Source of the DNA: a virus
Taxonomy: Duplodnaviria; Caudoviricetes
Virus record (IMG/VR): IMGVR_UViG_3300003086_000115
Length of the DNA: 64,000 nucleotides
Reading direction: 5' to 3' (one strand)
The stretch's first letter is position 1. Every line of letters begins with the position of its first letter. Under the pieces are notes generated by a model that was not told the origin of the DNA, made no database searches, and was given only the letters and a program-made list of their open reading frames with translations. The position numbers and the translations under genes are program-made. Shown here one piece after another: positions 1-10,039 of the stretch.

Positions 1-122
1 AATAACCTTATAGGTGCAAGTATATTTAAGACATAACGATTTTTACCTTAGGACTGAGGTGAATGGCCAGGTGCTAGCTACCCATAGACACTAAACTTAC
101 TCTTGTCTATAAAGTGAGACTC

Positions 123-130
123 TATAAATA
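123..130 (+). promoter_or_regulatory. T4-like late promoter (TATAAATA)
   Basis: Exact T4 late consensus 6 nt before ATG 137; TAAATA recurs before many structural genes. Confidence 0.6.
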
Positions 131-136
131 TCCGTA

Positions 137-1144
137 ATGTATTCCTTTAACGAAATCAAAAGAGTTCATCTTGAGCTATCATCATTATGCAATGCTAGAT
201 GCCCAGGCTGTCCGAGAAATTTCTATGGATATCCATTTAATGATGGATATATCGAACGTAATCTATCTCTAGTAGAAATACAAAAAATCTTCTCAGATGC
301 ATTCCTACACCAGCTAACACATATTAGAATTAACGGAAACTTCGGTGATTTTGTTTCAAATAACGAGTCCCCCGAGATAGTTAAATGGTTGTTATCTAAA
401 AACAAAAACCTAAAAATACACGTTAGTACTAATGGATCTGCTCAGAGTAAAAGATTTTGGGAAAGGTTAGGAAAAACTAGTATAGTTGTTGAGTTTTGTA
501 TCGATGGGTTAGAAGATACGCATACCTTGTACCGCCAAGGAACAAACTTTAATAGAATTCTAAAAAATGCAACTACCTTTATTAATAGCGGTGGGGTAGC
601 ACATTGCAAGATGATAGAGTTCGACCACAATAAAGATCAGAAGTCGCTCCTTAAAAAAGTAGCACATAAACATGGATTTGCTAAGTTCAAAGTTATAAAG
701 AATACACGAGGTGCATTACCTGCTTTTGATAATAAAGGTAATTTAGTACATGTTATAGATAATTCAGACAGTATTAGATTTGATGAAGCATTTAACAAAC
801 GGGAAATCGATGAAGTCCTGCTAGAAGATATCGTTGACGAACGCACACCTAACTCAATTAACTGTGAAGTTAAAAAAACAAAGGAAATCTATATATCGTC
901 AACTGGTGATATTTATCCTTGTTGTTATATGGGATTTGAGCCAAAAACTTACGGACATGGCAATTATCACCAGCCTGTAAATGCACAGTTCAAAGATACT
1001 ATATCACATAATAATGCTATTAAGTATCCGCTTGAGGAATGCATACAATGGTTTAACACAATTGAGGAAACATGGAACATCAAGACATTTGAAGAAGGTC
1101 GCCTTATAGTATGTAATGATAACTGTAGTACGTGTTCTGAGTAA
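137..1144 (+). CDS. Radical SAM protein with C-terminal SPASM/Twitch-like domain
   Basis: CxxxCxxC (CNARCPGC), STNGS, FCIDG, C-terminal GDIYPCC...CNDNC. Confidence 0.85.
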   Translation: MYSFNEIKRVHLELSSLCNARCPGCPRNFYGYPFNDGYIERNLSLVEIQKIFSDAFLHQLTHIRINGNFGDFVSNNESPEIVKWLLSKNKNLKIHVSTNGSAQSKRFWERLGKTSIVVEFCIDGLEDTHTLYRQGTNFNRILKNATTFINSGGVAHCKMIEFDHNKDQKSLLKKVAHKHGFAKFKVIKNTRGALPAFDNKGNLVHVIDNSDSIRFDEAFNKREIDEVLLEDIVDERTPNSINCEVKKTKEIYISSTGDIYPCCYMGFEPKTYGHGNYHQPVNAQFKDTISHNNAIKYPLEECIQWFNTIEETWNIKTFEEGRLIVCNDNCSTCSE

Positions 1145-1152
1145 ATAGTATT

Positions 1153-2721
1153 ATGGGATTCCAATCAGACGGTAGCGAGTTAATACGCAAGCCACATATA
1201 AAAACAGCATACACAGATAAAGAGTTAGAAGACTTTGTAAAGTGTGTTGACCCAGAAAAAGGAATCTATTATTTTATTAGTAATTTCTTTTGGATACAAC
1301 ATCCAGTACAAGGAAAAATACAATATCAACCGTATGATTTTCAAAAAGAGTTAATACATAACTACCACGAGTATCGATTTAGTATAAACATGCTATCTCG
1401 ACAAACAGGTAAAACTACTACTGCGGCAGGATACTTACTTTGGTACGCAATGTTTAGTCCAGATAAGACTATATTAGTTGCGGCACACAAATATGATGGT
1501 GCACAAGAGATTATGCAACGTGTAAGGTTTGCATATGAAAGTTGTCCAGATCATGTACGTGCAGGTGTAACAAGCTACAATAAAGGTTCAATAGAATTTG
1601 ATAATGGTAGTAGAATTATATCACAGACAACTACTGAAACAACAGGTCGTGGTTTATCTATCTCGCTATTGTACTGTGATGAGTTTGCCTATGTAAGGCC
1701 AAATATTGCCGCTGAGTTTTGGACATCGATTTCACCTACATTAAGTACTGGTGGTAATGCGATTATTACAAGTACACCAAATAGTGACGAAGATCAATTT
1801 GCTTTAATATGGAAAGGTGCTAATAAGTGCGAAGATGAATTCGGCAACGAGACTAAATTAGGCGTTAACGGATTTAAAGCGTACAAATCGATATGGCACG
1901 ATCATCCAGATCGTGATATAAAATGGGCAGATGAAGAAAAGGGTCGTATAGGTGAAGAGCGTTTTCGTAGAGAGCATTTATGCGAGTTCATTATTAATGA
2001 TGAAACACTAATTAATGCGTCTAAGCTATTTGATTTAGAAGGTATAGATCCGTTGTATAAGAACGGGCAAGTACGCTGGTTTAAGAAACCAGAAAAAGGT
2101 AAGATTTATTGTATAGCACTTGACCCTAGCTTAGGCACAGGCGGAGATCCTTCAGCAATTCAAGTATTTGAGGCGAATACAACAACACAAGTAGCCGAAT
2201 GGCGACATAACAAAACCCCGATTCCTGTACAAATTAGGATCATGCATGAAATTATTACATATATTAATGACATAATAGATGATTCAACAAGTATATATTA
2301 TAGTTTAGAAAATAATACACTTGGTGAAGCGGCCTTAATAAGTTTAGCAGAGTTTGGTGAAGATAGGTTCCCTGGAATGTTATTGAGCGAAGGCAAGAGA
2401 GCCGGACACGTAAGATCGTATCGTAAAGGTTATACTACGACAAATAAAAGCAAACTAAGTGCGTGTGCTAAGTTAAAGACACTTGTAGAAACAGGTAAAA
2501 TGACTATTAATAGTAGAAGTCTTGTATCTGAGTTTAAGAACTTTGTAGCAATAGGTACTACTTACGCGGCAAAGCCTGGATCAACGGACGATTTAGTTAT
2601 GAGTACAGTGTTAATAGTAAGAATGCTACAAACCTTACAAAATTACCATACAGACTTAGATAATCAGATAAGAGATTATGATGATTTCACGGTAGAGCCT
2701 ATGCCCTTCATACTTTTTTGA
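1153..2721 (+). CDS. terL: Terminase large subunit (T4 gp17-like)
   Basis: Walker A SRQTGKT, Walker B LLYCDEFA, ITSTPN coupling motif, nuclease ALDPSLG and DDLVMS. Confidence 0.95.
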   Translation: MGFQSDGSELIRKPHIKTAYTDKELEDFVKCVDPEKGIYYFISNFFWIQHPVQGKIQYQPYDFQKELIHNYHEYRFSINMLSRQTGKTTTAAGYLLWYAMFSPDKTILVAAHKYDGAQEIMQRVRFAYESCPDHVRAGVTSYNKGSIEFDNGSRIISQTTTETTGRGLSISLLYCDEFAYVRPNIAAEFWTSISPTLSTGGNAIITSTPNSDEDQFALIWKGANKCEDEFGNETKLGVNGFKAYKSIWHDHPDRDIKWADEEKGRIGEERFRREHLCEFIINDETLINASKLFDLEGIDPLYKNGQVRWFKKPEKGKIYCIALDPSLGTGGDPSAIQVFEANTTTQVAEWRHNKTPIPVQIRIMHEIITYINDIIDDSTSIYYSLENNTLGEAALISLAEFGEDRFPGMLLSEGKRAGHVRSYRKGYTTTNKSKLSACAKLKTLVETGKMTINSRSLVSEFKNFVAIGTTYAAKPGSTDDLVMSTVLIVRMLQTLQNYHTDLDNQIRDYDDFTVEPMPFILF

Positions 2722-2777
2722 TATATTAAAATCTTAACTTAGCATAAGTAAGAGTATCACACAGTCCACTAAAATAC

Positions 2778-4067
2778 ATGCAAGAAAACACATCTAAAAA
2801 GCTATTTGATATATTAATAAGTAAAGGATTTGACCCTAAGACTCTTAACTCAGAGGGCAAATCGATTATTAATATAGACAAAGCAAGCATCTTTAGTTTT
2901 GATTACCAGCCAAACAAAGACAACTATGGTACAGTTGTTATACTGTTAGATGATGAAGAGAACTTCGACATCTTTTACGGTGATAACATTGGTAAGAGTA
3001 TGGATAGAGATTCCAAAAATGATTGGTATGAGCTATTAACACAGTTACGTTACTTTGCAAAGCGCAACTTATTGAGTTTCTCGTTAAAGAATATCAACAG
3101 ATTAAAGTACTCAATGCAAGGTATGGCCGCTATTAAAGAAGGGCTATACGAAGGATGGAATGGTACTAGCAAAACAAGTTATAACCCGCAGAGAAAAAAC
3201 ACACGTATTATTGCTAGACATAGTAAGAGAATAGGTGAAGGTGATCAACGTTTCCGTAACATTAAATCATTATTCATTGAGAATGCAGACGGTGAGCGAT
3301 TTAAGTTACCGTTTGTTAATATAGGCGGTGCTAGAGCAATGGCACGACATGTATCAGAAGGTGGCAACCCATACGATGTATTCGGACAGCACATTACAGA
3401 AACAGTTAAAGATATAGGCGCATTAGGTAGATTTATGCGTGTTAGATCACTAAACGAAAGTGAAGAAACTAGTAATTTAGTAGAAAATTGCAAAACACAT
3501 TATAAAAAACTACGTGAAAACTTAAAGACAATAGGTAAAGTACGAGGTTATAACAAATACAAAGAGTCATGGTCTCCAGCAGATATAAATGAAGATGATG
3601 CAGTAATTGAGAATATACGCAGTCTGTTACTTCCTGAAGGATCAGATGCAAGAGTAGACGAGGCAATACCTGCTTTAACTAGAGTGTTAGCAGGTAACAT
3701 AACAATACAAGAAGACAATCCATCAATTGGAGATAGCGATAATATGAAAGAGTTAAGAGCGTTTGAAAACTGGGCACAGAATATTAGTGAAGGTACGTGG
3801 GCTATTCCAGATGGTGAAGATGCAGTAAAAGAGTTAAGAATAATGTTAGCGAATGCGTTGCCTGTTGGTGTAGATGCGCTTAATGCTACAGAAGCTTTGT
3901 ATAATGTTATTGGTGACGATAACCTATTTGATAACTTAGATGAATTAGCACAAACAGACCCACAAGCAGATGCTCGACCTCTAATCATAGATTGGCTTAA
4001 AGAGTTTGCTTATAGTTATAATGGTATGGACAACATATTACAAGATCTAGAAATTGATGTCAACTAA
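2778..4067 (+). CDS. Hypothetical phage protein, probable head-associated protein
   Basis: Long ORF after terminase with several (I/L)xE sites (IKE, LYE, LNE, INE, ISE). Confidence 0.5.
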   Translation: MQENTSKKLFDILISKGFDPKTLNSEGKSIINIDKASIFSFDYQPNKDNYGTVVILLDDEENFDIFYGDNIGKSMDRDSKNDWYELLTQLRYFAKRNLLSFSLKNINRLKYSMQGMAAIKEGLYEGWNGTSKTSYNPQRKNTRIIARHSKRIGEGDQRFRNIKSLFIENADGERFKLPFVNIGGARAMARHVSEGGNPYDVFGQHITETVKDIGALGRFMRVRSLNESEETSNLVENCKTHYKKLRENLKTIGKVRGYNKYKESWSPADINEDDAVIENIRSLLLPEGSDARVDEAIPALTRVLAGNITIQEDNPSIGDSDNMKELRAFENWAQNISEGTWAIPDGEDAVKELRIMLANALPVGVDALNATEALYNVIGDDNLFDNLDELAQTDPQADARPLIIDWLKEFAYSYNGMDNILQDLEIDVN

Positions 4068-4473
4068 ACTAACAGAAGACGATATAAAGATAATACTAGA
4101 AGGTGCTGTTCTTGATAAATTAAGAAAGCCCGAAACATTATCGTGGACTAAAGAATTGAGCAAACGAGTATTACCACAAAAGATGTTTGACTATTTTAGT
4201 CAAAAATTACACGATGGGCAGTACAAAATGGCAATGAAAATCTATGCTGAGCTAATGCGTGCAAATAGACTTGCTCCGCCGCGTTTCTCTGAACATCCTA
4301 AAGATAGACTGCCAATGACACATAGACAGCGTGTTTATACTGCGGCAAGAATTGCAGGCGTGCAACCTAGAGAGTTCTCTAACGTGTTTAATCAAATAAT
4401 AGACGACTATCAAGAACAGTTCGCAGATGATGCTGAACTAAACAAAATCAAAGGTTTAGCCGGAACAGAATAA
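4054..4473 (+). CDS. Hypothetical protein with C-terminal ELNKIKGLAG motif
   Basis: Coupled ORF; motif shared with 30505 and 32226 proteins. Confidence 0.5.
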   Translation: MMSTKLTEDDIKIILEGAVLDKLRKPETLSWTKELSKRVLPQKMFDYFSQKLHDGQYKMAMKIYAELMRANRLAPPRFSEHPKDRLPMTHRQRVYTAARIAGVQPREFSNVFNQIIDDYQEQFADDAELNKIKGLAGTE

Positions 4474-4631
4474 ACGGCTAAACGCCCTATTCTTTTTAAC
4501 CTTCTTCTTATATAAAGTATATATAATATTCGTATGTGTATAAATAAATCGCATTGAGCAGTTTAAGAATGCATATTTTAAATTCCCGCGAAGGGTGTTT
4601 AACTTTTGGATAATATATAGGAGTAGTAAAA

Positions 4632-5594
4632 ATGGCTAGTTTAGCAGATATCAGAGCCCGTTTAGCGGCACAAGACAACAGATCATCAAGTAACACAGGC
4701 GATGGATTAGTATACACACATTGGAATATAGACGACGGCGCACAAGCAGTTTTAAGATTCTTACCCGACGCAGATACAAGTAACCCTTTCTTTTGGGTAG
4801 AGAGACAAGTAATTAAGTTACCTTTTCCAGGCGTAGTAGGTGGTGACCAAAAAGAAGTAATAGTACAAGTTCCTTGTATGGAAATGTACGGACCAAACGA
4901 ATCATGTCCAGTTTTAGCAGAAGTTCGTCCTTGGTTTAAAGATAAATCATTAGAAGATATGGGTCGTAAGTATTGGAAGAAGCGTACAGCAATTTTCCAA
5001 GGCTTTGTACATGCAGATCCAACTAATGAAGATGCACCAGAGAACCCAATCAGAAAGTTTATGATTAGTCCTTCAATTTTTAATATCATTAAGGCAAGCT
5101 TGATGGATCCTGAGATGGAAGACTTACCAACAGACTACGATAATGGCTTAGACTTTAGAATTGCTAAGACAACTAAAGGACAGTATGCAAACTATGATAC
5201 TAGTACTTGGTCACGCAAGGAATCAGCATTAACTGTTGATGAGTTAGAAGCTATTGAAAAGCATGGCTTAAACAACTTATCAGATTGGTTACCTAAGAAG
5301 CCTACTGACGTTGAACTTAAAGCTATCTTTGAAATGTTTGAAGCAAGTGTAGATGGACAACAGTACGATCCAGAGAAATGGGGTCAGTACTACAAGCCAT
5401 ACGGTTTAGAAGTTAAGAAACCAGTTAATGAAGTTACACCTGTAGCAGACGTTAGCGATGTAGGTGATAGTCCTTTTGCTGATACTGCAAATGATGTAGT
5501 AGAAGTTAAGACTGAAACAGTTGCGGCACCAGCATCAACAAGTTCTAAAGCTGAAGACATCTTAGCACAAATTAGAGCAAGACAAGCAGGTTAA
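4632..5594 (+). CDS. ssb: Single-stranded DNA-binding protein (T4 gp32-like)
   Basis: AVLRFLP, CPV zinc region, KYWKKR, YANYDTS, acidic tail; strong SD AGGAG. Confidence 0.9.
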   Translation: MASLADIRARLAAQDNRSSSNTGDGLVYTHWNIDDGAQAVLRFLPDADTSNPFFWVERQVIKLPFPGVVGGDQKEVIVQVPCMEMYGPNESCPVLAEVRPWFKDKSLEDMGRKYWKKRTAIFQGFVHADPTNEDAPENPIRKFMISPSIFNIIKASLMDPEMEDLPTDYDNGLDFRIAKTTKGQYANYDTSTWSRKESALTVDELEAIEKHGLNNLSDWLPKKPTDVELKAIFEMFEASVDGQQYDPEKWGQYYKPYGLEVKKPVNEVTPVADVSDVGDSPFADTANDVVEVKTETVAAPASTSSKAEDILAQIRARQAG

Positions 5595-5609
5595 CACTAG
5601 CTAGAACAA

Positions 5610-6503
5610 ATGCAGTATTGTATTGATTACAGGAACGGGGGTATGGGAAACACTGTGTTAGCTCATATACTTTATTCCTGTAACCAGGTAGATCTCGATC
5701 TAGATACCTTTTTTTCTGACGTTGCAGATGCACATCTAATCAACAAATACAACGACACTGCATTGACCTCAATGCACTTAGATGAAAGTAACGATAGTTA
5801 CAAATGTCTAATTACGTTGTATGCTGATGATTTCTATGATCTGCTAGTGCTTAAACTGTCTTATAGTAAATGGCACAAGAGTTTTCCGATGCTTAGTAAT
5901 TATAAGGCGTTTTTTTCTAGTAACTTTGAAGTTGCTGATACTACCTGGTTAGATTTCTACACGGCTGTTAAAGACCCTTCGTGGCCTATGTGTAATAGTT
6001 TAGCTGATGTAAAGTACCTGCCTTCTTATATACAGAAAGAAGTAGCACAGTATAAAGAACCCAATGATACAGTATCAACCGATGATATTCTTTTGCAGTT
6101 CTTAACACTGTCGTATTATGATATGTTTAGTTTTAGTCATATTGTTCCGGATCAATGTAAAGATGCAGTTAAGTATAAACTAAGCTCATATTTAACCGGT
6201 GACTTTGATGTACTTGCAACTACAGTACACAAGCAATTCGATTGGAACTTTAGCAAGAGTAGAAGTGAGCAATTCTACGGATATGTTAAAGAAAAGAATA
6301 GACTATACCTGCTATGGTTCGAAAAAGTTTTAAAGATTTATAATGGAATAACTAGCTTTAACTCAGTGGATGTTACGTTGTTAGATACATGGGAAAAAGC
6401 TAGTATTTTAGCAAAAGTATGTTACACCCGAGATTTACATCCTGCAAAGCTAAAGTGGGATACTATAAACACAGGTATAATAAATTTAAAGGAGATAATA
6501 TAA
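5610..6503 (+). CDS. Hypothetical protein (P-loop-like N-terminus, DPSWP motif)
   Basis: IDYRNGGMGN start; YTAVKDPSWPMC motif shared with the 15140 protein. Confidence 0.5.
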   Translation: MQYCIDYRNGGMGNTVLAHILYSCNQVDLDLDTFFSDVADAHLINKYNDTALTSMHLDESNDSYKCLITLYADDFYDLLVLKLSYSKWHKSFPMLSNYKAFFSSNFEVADTTWLDFYTAVKDPSWPMCNSLADVKYLPSYIQKEVAQYKEPNDTVSTDDILLQFLTLSYYDMFSFSHIVPDQCKDAVKYKLSSYLTGDFDVLATTVHKQFDWNFSKSRSEQFYGYVKEKNRLYLLWFEKVLKIYNGITSFNSVDVTLLDTWEKASILAKVCYTRDLHPAKLKWDTINTGIINLKEII

Positions 6504-7549
6504 TGGCAAAACCATTTGACGTATCGAAATTCAGAAAGAGTATAACAAAATCAATAGAAGGATTATCAGTAGGGTTTCATGATCCTACTGATTGGATTTC
6601 AACAGGTAACTACGCACTTAACTACCTAGTGTCGGGTGACTTCAACAAAGGAATACCGTTAGGTAAAGTAACAGTATTTGCAGGTGAGTCTGGTGCAGGT
6701 AAGAGTTATTTTGCGGCAGGTAACATTGTTAAGAACGCACAAGATCAAGGTATCTTTGTAGTGTTAATTGACACTGAGAACGCACTAGACGAAAAGTGGC
6801 TAGAAGCATTAGATGTAGATACAGACCCTAGCAAGTTATTAAAGCTTAGTATGTGTATGATTGATGATGTTGCTAAAACTATTAGTACGTTTATGCAAGA
6901 CTACAAAGCAATGGAAGAAGAAGAACGTCCTAAAGTGGTATTTGTTATTGATTCATTAGGTATGTTACTGACACCAACAGATGTTAAACAGTTTGAAGCA
7001 GGTGATATGAAAGGTGACTTAGGTCGTAAGCCTAAAGCATTAACATCATTGGTACGTAACACAGTGAACATGATAGGTACTTACGATAAGATCTCCGGTG
7101 GACAAGGCTTTATTTACGCTAGTAGCATAGTAGTAGCAATGCGTAAACTCAAGTTAAAAGAAGATGCAGACGGCAATAAGGTAACAGATGTGCGTGGTAT
7201 TAGAGCGGCATGTAAAGTAGTTAAGACACGTTACGCTAAGCCGTTTGAAGCTGTGCAAGTTAAGATACCATATGATACAGGTATGAATCCATACAGTGGG
7301 CTAGTAGACTTATCAGAGAAGAAAGGATTGTTAACAAAGCAAGGCAACCGTTTAAAGTACACTACTAAAGCAGGCGAAGAGTTGATAATGTTCCGTAAGG
7401 CTTGGGAACGCAATGAAAGCGAAGCGTTAGACAAGTTAATGCTAGACATTAGCTCAGAGGACGAAACTGAAGAGTTAGTAGCGCAGTTAGACATCAGCGA
7501 GATAGAAGCTGAAGCAATTGCACAGTTAGATGCAGAGATGGGGGAATAA
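6503..7549 (+). CDS. uvsX: RecA-like recombinase UvsX with an apparent internal in-frame deletion
   Basis: Walker A GESGAGKS, IDTENA, Walker B VFVIDS; SD AAGGAG before ATG 6503; NH/NQ-loop 2 segment absent at 7084/7085. Confidence 0.9.
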   Translation: MAKPFDVSKFRKSITKSIEGLSVGFHDPTDWISTGNYALNYLVSGDFNKGIPLGKVTVFAGESGAGKSYFAAGNIVKNAQDQGIFVVLIDTENALDEKWLEALDVDTDPSKLLKLSMCMIDDVAKTISTFMQDYKAMEEEERPKVVFVIDSLGMLLTPTDVKQFEAGDMKGDLGRKPKALTSLVRNTVNMIGTYDKISGGQGFIYASSIVVAMRKLKLKEDADGNKVTDVRGIRAACKVVKTRYAKPFEAVQVKIPYDTGMNPYSGLVDLSEKKGLLTKQGNRLKYTTKAGEELIMFRKAWERNESEALDKLMLDISSEDETEELVAQLDISEIEAEAIAQLDAEMGE

Positions 7550-7782
7550 TGAGCTTAGAACTGAACTTAGATATATGGGAGGCATTACGAGAACATGTGT
7601 CTGATATAAAAGACGCGGCTGATGACTTTGTAGAAGTCCTAATAGAAAATGGTATCGATGCAGAAAAGATAGCAACCGCTACAACAGATGAAGATGTTAG
7701 AAAAGCATTAATAGATTATGATGTTGAAGTAGAAGTCGATGAAGAAGAAGATGATTTTTCGTATTTTAATGAAGATGACTAA
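7549..7782 (+). CDS. Small acidic hypothetical protein
   Basis: Translationally coupled between uvsX and uvsY. Confidence 0.6.
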   Translation: MSLELNLDIWEALREHVSDIKDAADDFVEVLIENGIDAEKIATATTDEDVRKALIDYDVEVEVDEEEDDFSYFNEDD

Positions 7783-8234
7783 TGTGGTACACTAAAGTAA
7801 CGCAAAATCTTTCCAACATACCTGGGTTTATTAGCCATTATGAGAAAGAGCTAGAAGAAGCAAAAAGAGAAATTGCTATACACGGTCATGTCGAAACTAA
7901 CATTAAAGAACTGCCAGGTGTTACTGAACAACGTTTCTATCAATTACAAGAGATAGAAGCTGTTTTAGAGTTTCTCAATATAGAACTACGTAGAATTAGA
8001 CGTAAACATTTTAAAAAATATTTAGAAGCATACGCTAAAGCATTGAGTAGCCGTGATGCAGAGAAGTATGCAGATGGTGAAGATGAAGTAATAAATTTCG
8101 AAATACTAATTAATGAGGTTGCGTTGTTACGTAATAAATGGTTAGGTATTATGAAAGGGCTAGATTGTAAGCAGTGGCAGTTAGGACATATCGTTAAGCT
8201 TAGAACTGCAGGTATGGAAGATGTAGTAGTATAG
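7782..8234 (+). CDS. uvsY: Recombination mediator UvsY-like
   Basis: 150-aa helical protein, SRDAEKYADG...KGLDCKQWQLGHIVKLR, next to uvsX. Confidence 0.75.
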   Translation: MWYTKVTQNLSNIPGFISHYEKELEEAKREIAIHGHVETNIKELPGVTEQRFYQLQEIEAVLEFLNIELRRIRRKHFKKYLEAYAKALSSRDAEKYADGEDEVINFEILINEVALLRNKWLGIMKGLDCKQWQLGHIVKLRTAGMEDVVV

Positions 8235-8242
8235 TTCCGACA

Positions 8243-9265
8243 ATGAATAACATTATATGGTTTAAACAATTTCAAACTTCAAATGTATATACAGCATGGG
8301 CTAATAGATGTTATTCTTTTACTACAAATACCTTTTATGATGCTTTTATTTCACAAGCGTATAAAGAAGATATACCAATAGTAAACAATGCAAAATTCAT
8401 TTTTAACTGTCTTAATGAAGGTTTAGGCTCTAAAGAGATTAACTTCTCGATTCAAAGTTTGCGAGACAACGGAATCGAACTTGATATTCGAGTATTGTTT
8501 AATAGTATAATTACCCAAGATTTACCATATCGATATAGGTGTTTACCTACTCATATGATAGCTCATTGCAGGTTCCTTCGGCATGTCAATAATCTAAACG
8601 TAAATTGGAAAAATATAGAAGTTAATCGATACTTTATTTGTTTAATGCGACGACCATCTGTTGGGAGATCACAGTTCGCTAAACAGTTATTAGATAGGTT
8701 TAAACAAGAGGATTTTTTGCTTAGTTGCGGATGTAGTTCGAACTACAAAGCAATAGTGAAAGATGTACAACAAGCAATACACCCTTATGAAATGCCAATT
8801 TTGATTGATGGGAAAATTGGCACGGATTTTTCACAGCACCATCATACAAATGAAGAATTTTTTAAATGTTTTATTAATATAATAGTTGAAACTAGTTCGC
8901 AAATAGACGAACAAAGTTGGAGTGAAATTTTCCTTACTGAGAAGACATTTAAAGCATTTGCGTATAGACAATTGCCTATATGGTTTGCTGTTCCTGGAAC
9001 AGTAAAAGAGGTGCGCAACTTAGGCTTTGATTTGTTTGAGGACATAATTGACCATGGATATGATAATATACAAGATCATCACACACGAATAGAGGCTGTG
9101 GTAAAGACTTTACGAAATTTTGTTGATTCTTATAGCTACGCTGATTTACAAAAGTTACGGAATGACTTATGGCCGAGAATAATGTTTAATGTATCAATGC
9201 TACAGAAACTAAATAATGAAAATGATAAGAAAAAACATCAACTTATGTTAGAGTTAGCAGAATGA
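8243..9265 (+). CDS. Glycosyltransferase-like 'FLTEKT' family protein
   Basis: NIIVET...FLTEKTFK...GFDLFEDIIDHGYD; paralogue of 11513 and 18212. Confidence 0.55.
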   Translation: MNNIIWFKQFQTSNVYTAWANRCYSFTTNTFYDAFISQAYKEDIPIVNNAKFIFNCLNEGLGSKEINFSIQSLRDNGIELDIRVLFNSIITQDLPYRYRCLPTHMIAHCRFLRHVNNLNVNWKNIEVNRYFICLMRRPSVGRSQFAKQLLDRFKQEDFLLSCGCSSNYKAIVKDVQQAIHPYEMPILIDGKIGTDFSQHHHTNEEFFKCFINIIVETSSQIDEQSWSEIFLTEKTFKAFAYRQLPIWFAVPGTVKEVRNLGFDLFEDIIDHGYDNIQDHHTRIEAVVKTLRNFVDSYSYADLQKLRNDLWPRIMFNVSMLQKLNNENDKKKHQLMLELAE

Positions 9266-10011
9266 ATTTTAATTTTTCATCATCTGAGAATAGCCACGAA
9301 CATAGCTTAGAAACCTTAAGTTTACTTTACAAGTACGATACGTTTATGGAAAGTATTGATACTGTATGTGACTTAGGTTGCGGCAGAGAAGCTCTCGATT
9401 TAGAATGGTGGGCGACATGCGAGGTAGACACTGATGAAGCACATATACCGTTAGACATTAAGTGTACAGGCATCGATTTATACGACGATATAGTTCTAGA
9501 GCATAAAAATGTTAATTATGTTAAGCAAAATTTAGAAGAACCTGTAGATCAAGTGTTTGATGTACTATGGTGTCATGATACATTTCAATACATGATAAAC
9601 CCTTTGCAAACATTAAAATATTGGAATAGTATGCTAGCTGAAAGTGGCATGCTTGTAATAATTTTACCACAGACGACTAATATTAGTTATAGTAAACAAG
9701 ACTTTACTCAACCTAATAATCATTATTTTAACTATACTATTTCTAACTTAATATATATGCTAAGTGTAAATGGGTTTGATTGTAGATCTGGGTTCTTTCA
9801 ACAAGACCTTAATACCAACTGGATAAAAGCAGTTGTGTACAAGGGAGATATTGCACCGATGAATCCGAGAGAAACATCGTGGGTGGATTTAGTTGATACT
9901 GGGTTACTACCTAATTCTGTAGTTGATAGTATTAATCGCCGCGGATATGTTAACCAACAAGAGGTAACGTTAACTTGGTTAGATAAAACCAACCAATGGT
10001 TCGGGAAATAA
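9262..10011 (+). CDS. Class I SAM-dependent methyltransferase
   Basis: VCDLGCG motif I, GIDL, FDVLWCHD, LAESGMLVI. Confidence 0.8.
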   Translation: MNFNFSSSENSHEHSLETLSLLYKYDTFMESIDTVCDLGCGREALDLEWWATCEVDTDEAHIPLDIKCTGIDLYDDIVLEHKNVNYVKQNLEEPVDQVFDVLWCHDTFQYMINPLQTLKYWNSMLAESGMLVIILPQTTNISYSKQDFTQPNNHYFNYTISNLIYMLSVNGFDCRSGFFQQDLNTNWIKAVVYKGDIAPMNPRETSWVDLVDTGLLPNSVVDSINRRGYVNQQEVTLTWLDKTNQWFGK

Positions 10012-10039
10012 ATATGCTATATAAACTAGAGGATTATAT

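Noticed and set aside
6419-6502. ORF-track N-terminal extension of UvsX (similarly 47499, 49606, 50237, 50409, 58582)
   Set aside because: Better starts with an SD or stop/start coupling lie downstream
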